From Pavona decussata (lineage: Eukaryota): 64,000 nucleotides of DNA. This document shows, piece by piece, positions 62,803 through 64,000 of this stretch. Numbering within the stretch: position 1 is the stretch's first letter; every line of letters begins with the position of its first letter. Position numbers and translations under genes: made by a program. The DNA lies in the NCBI GenBank assembly GCA_977016875.1, contig CDRNST010000143.1, forward strand, positions 1,922,001 to 1,986,000, given 5' to 3'. A model generated the notes under the pieces. It did not search any database. It was not told the DNA's origin and saw nothing but the letters and a program-made list of their open reading frames with translations.

Positions 62803-63245
62803 AACTTAGCTGTAAAATCAAACACGTTTTGACACACCATTGATGTTATTTTTAAGCCTGGTAACAGCTCCAGCCTAAATTCACAAGCCGGAGGATTGAA
62901 AATGAAGAGAACATTCACGGATCGAGGCCAAGGAGAAATCATCAATTGCAGTGTCAACCAGCAAAACGTTTTGTATAGATTTTCCCAGCTGACAACCTGG
63001 CTACGCGGAAACACTTCTCGTCGCCGTAAACTTTCGAAATTCTCTTTATCCGAGACCAAAGCTAAACACTCATTCTGACTCGATTCGCACGAAACTACTT
63101 ACTCATGATGAAAAACGACAGATTCTAAAAATGGTTTATGCCCCACTTACATATTTCGCTATACTTAACTACCGCTCGCTAAACTACCTCTTTGCAAGTT
63201 TAGAACTTGAAAATAATATCATGAGAACTTCGCCGAAAACGTTCA
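62803..63245 (+). mobile_element. Degenerate Penelope-like 3' fragment upstream of paralog 3
   Basis: QPKFTSRRIENE (from 62871), VNQQNVLYRF, GYxGNTSR, FEILFIRD (63033), LNTHSDSIRTKLLT (63062). Homologous to 51329-51765. Confidence 0.7.
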
Positions 63246-63699
63246 ACGTCTACAAGGAAAGTAATGAATATCTCTTGAAATCTGTAATTTGCTTGTGTGG
63301 ATTTGGCTTGAGGTTCTGAACGTGATGAAAATACAGGTCCAGATGCTTCTAACCGCTCAGGAATATTGACACAATGCGAGAAAGAGTATATTAAAATTAA
63401 TGGAATAGAACAGCTGGGTTTGGCTTCAGCATGAGTAAATTTAAACTGCAAATTCGACTCTTGTCATTATTTTTTAAATTCAAATGACAACTGCAAATTG
63501 GAAAAGGTAAAAAACGACAGAACATAGAATCCAAAGTTGCTAAATTCTCACGCTGCCGTATTTGCTCACGGTGATGACCTAAGTGATTCTGTTGTTCTTT
63601 CTGGACTTATAATGCAAAACACTCTGTTAGGTGGTTAGTTTTCTTTACTTGCCTTTGGAGTATTGCTGGTACATGCAGGCACCGAACAGTCAACTCACA

Positions 63700-63816
63700 A
63701 TGCGTAGTTTTGCAGCCCTTGTTCTCAGCTCTTGTATTGCTCTAAGCCTCTGCTCTTCACCTAAGTCATCGAGCAATTTTACAGACGTTGCGCAAGGAAA
63801 CGAAACTTGTCAAGAG
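63700..63816 (+). CDS. Secreted protein paralog 3, exon 1 (gene continues beyond the window)
   Basis: MRSFAALVLSSCIALSLCSSPKSSSNFTDVAQGNETCQE followed by donor GTGAGT. 117 nt, the same length as exon 1 of paralog 2. Confidence 0.85.
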
Positions 63817-63879
63817 GTGAGTGTATGATTCAAGCAATAGTTTGCGGTGAATTGTCCATGACAAGTTGCGTTTTCCGTT

Positions 63880-64000
63880 TTCCAGCATGTTTGTAATTTA
63901 CTGTAATTTTTTTTTGTCTTGTCCCGCCTCGACTAGCTTTGTGGCTATTTGCGGGACAAGCCCTTTATGTACTCTGAATCTGTAAATAAATTGTTGTTGT
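63880..64000 (+). mobile_element. LINE 3' end (stem-loop, AATAAA, (TTG)n tail)
   Basis: Inverted repeat cttgtcccgc (63918-63927) / gcgggacaag (63951-63960), then aaataaattgttgttgt. Confidence 0.5.

Overview
AT-rich eukaryotic genomic DNA with GT-AG introns, tRNA-derived SINEs and many MITEs. The gene and repeat content looks anthozoan, probably a stony coral (inference). Two gene systems face head-to-head across about 26.7 kb. (1) An intronless FoxQ2-class forkhead gene (18550-19383, minus) with a C-terminal eh1 motif and a CCAAT/E-box/TATA/Inr promoter. (2) A plus-strand tandem array of at least three paralogous secreted-protein genes (46240-49897, 52085-59720, and 63700 to the window end). 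The two complete 5-exon models each give 475 aa: signal peptide, two twin-CX10C helical modules, two EGF domains and an intronless fibrinogen-like YCDxxxxGGxW domain that lacks the usual first Cys. About 20 kb of the intergenic region (23.1-42.9 kb) is a non-coding mosaic of repeatedly duplicated blocks that retain short TF-site-like motifs. Other structures include a 1.66-kb TTAA-flanked foldback transposon, a 3-kb 28-bp minisatellite with a nested TIR element in an intron, and a Penelope relic upstream of paralogs 2 and 3. All alignments and identities were done by eye; no database searches were run.
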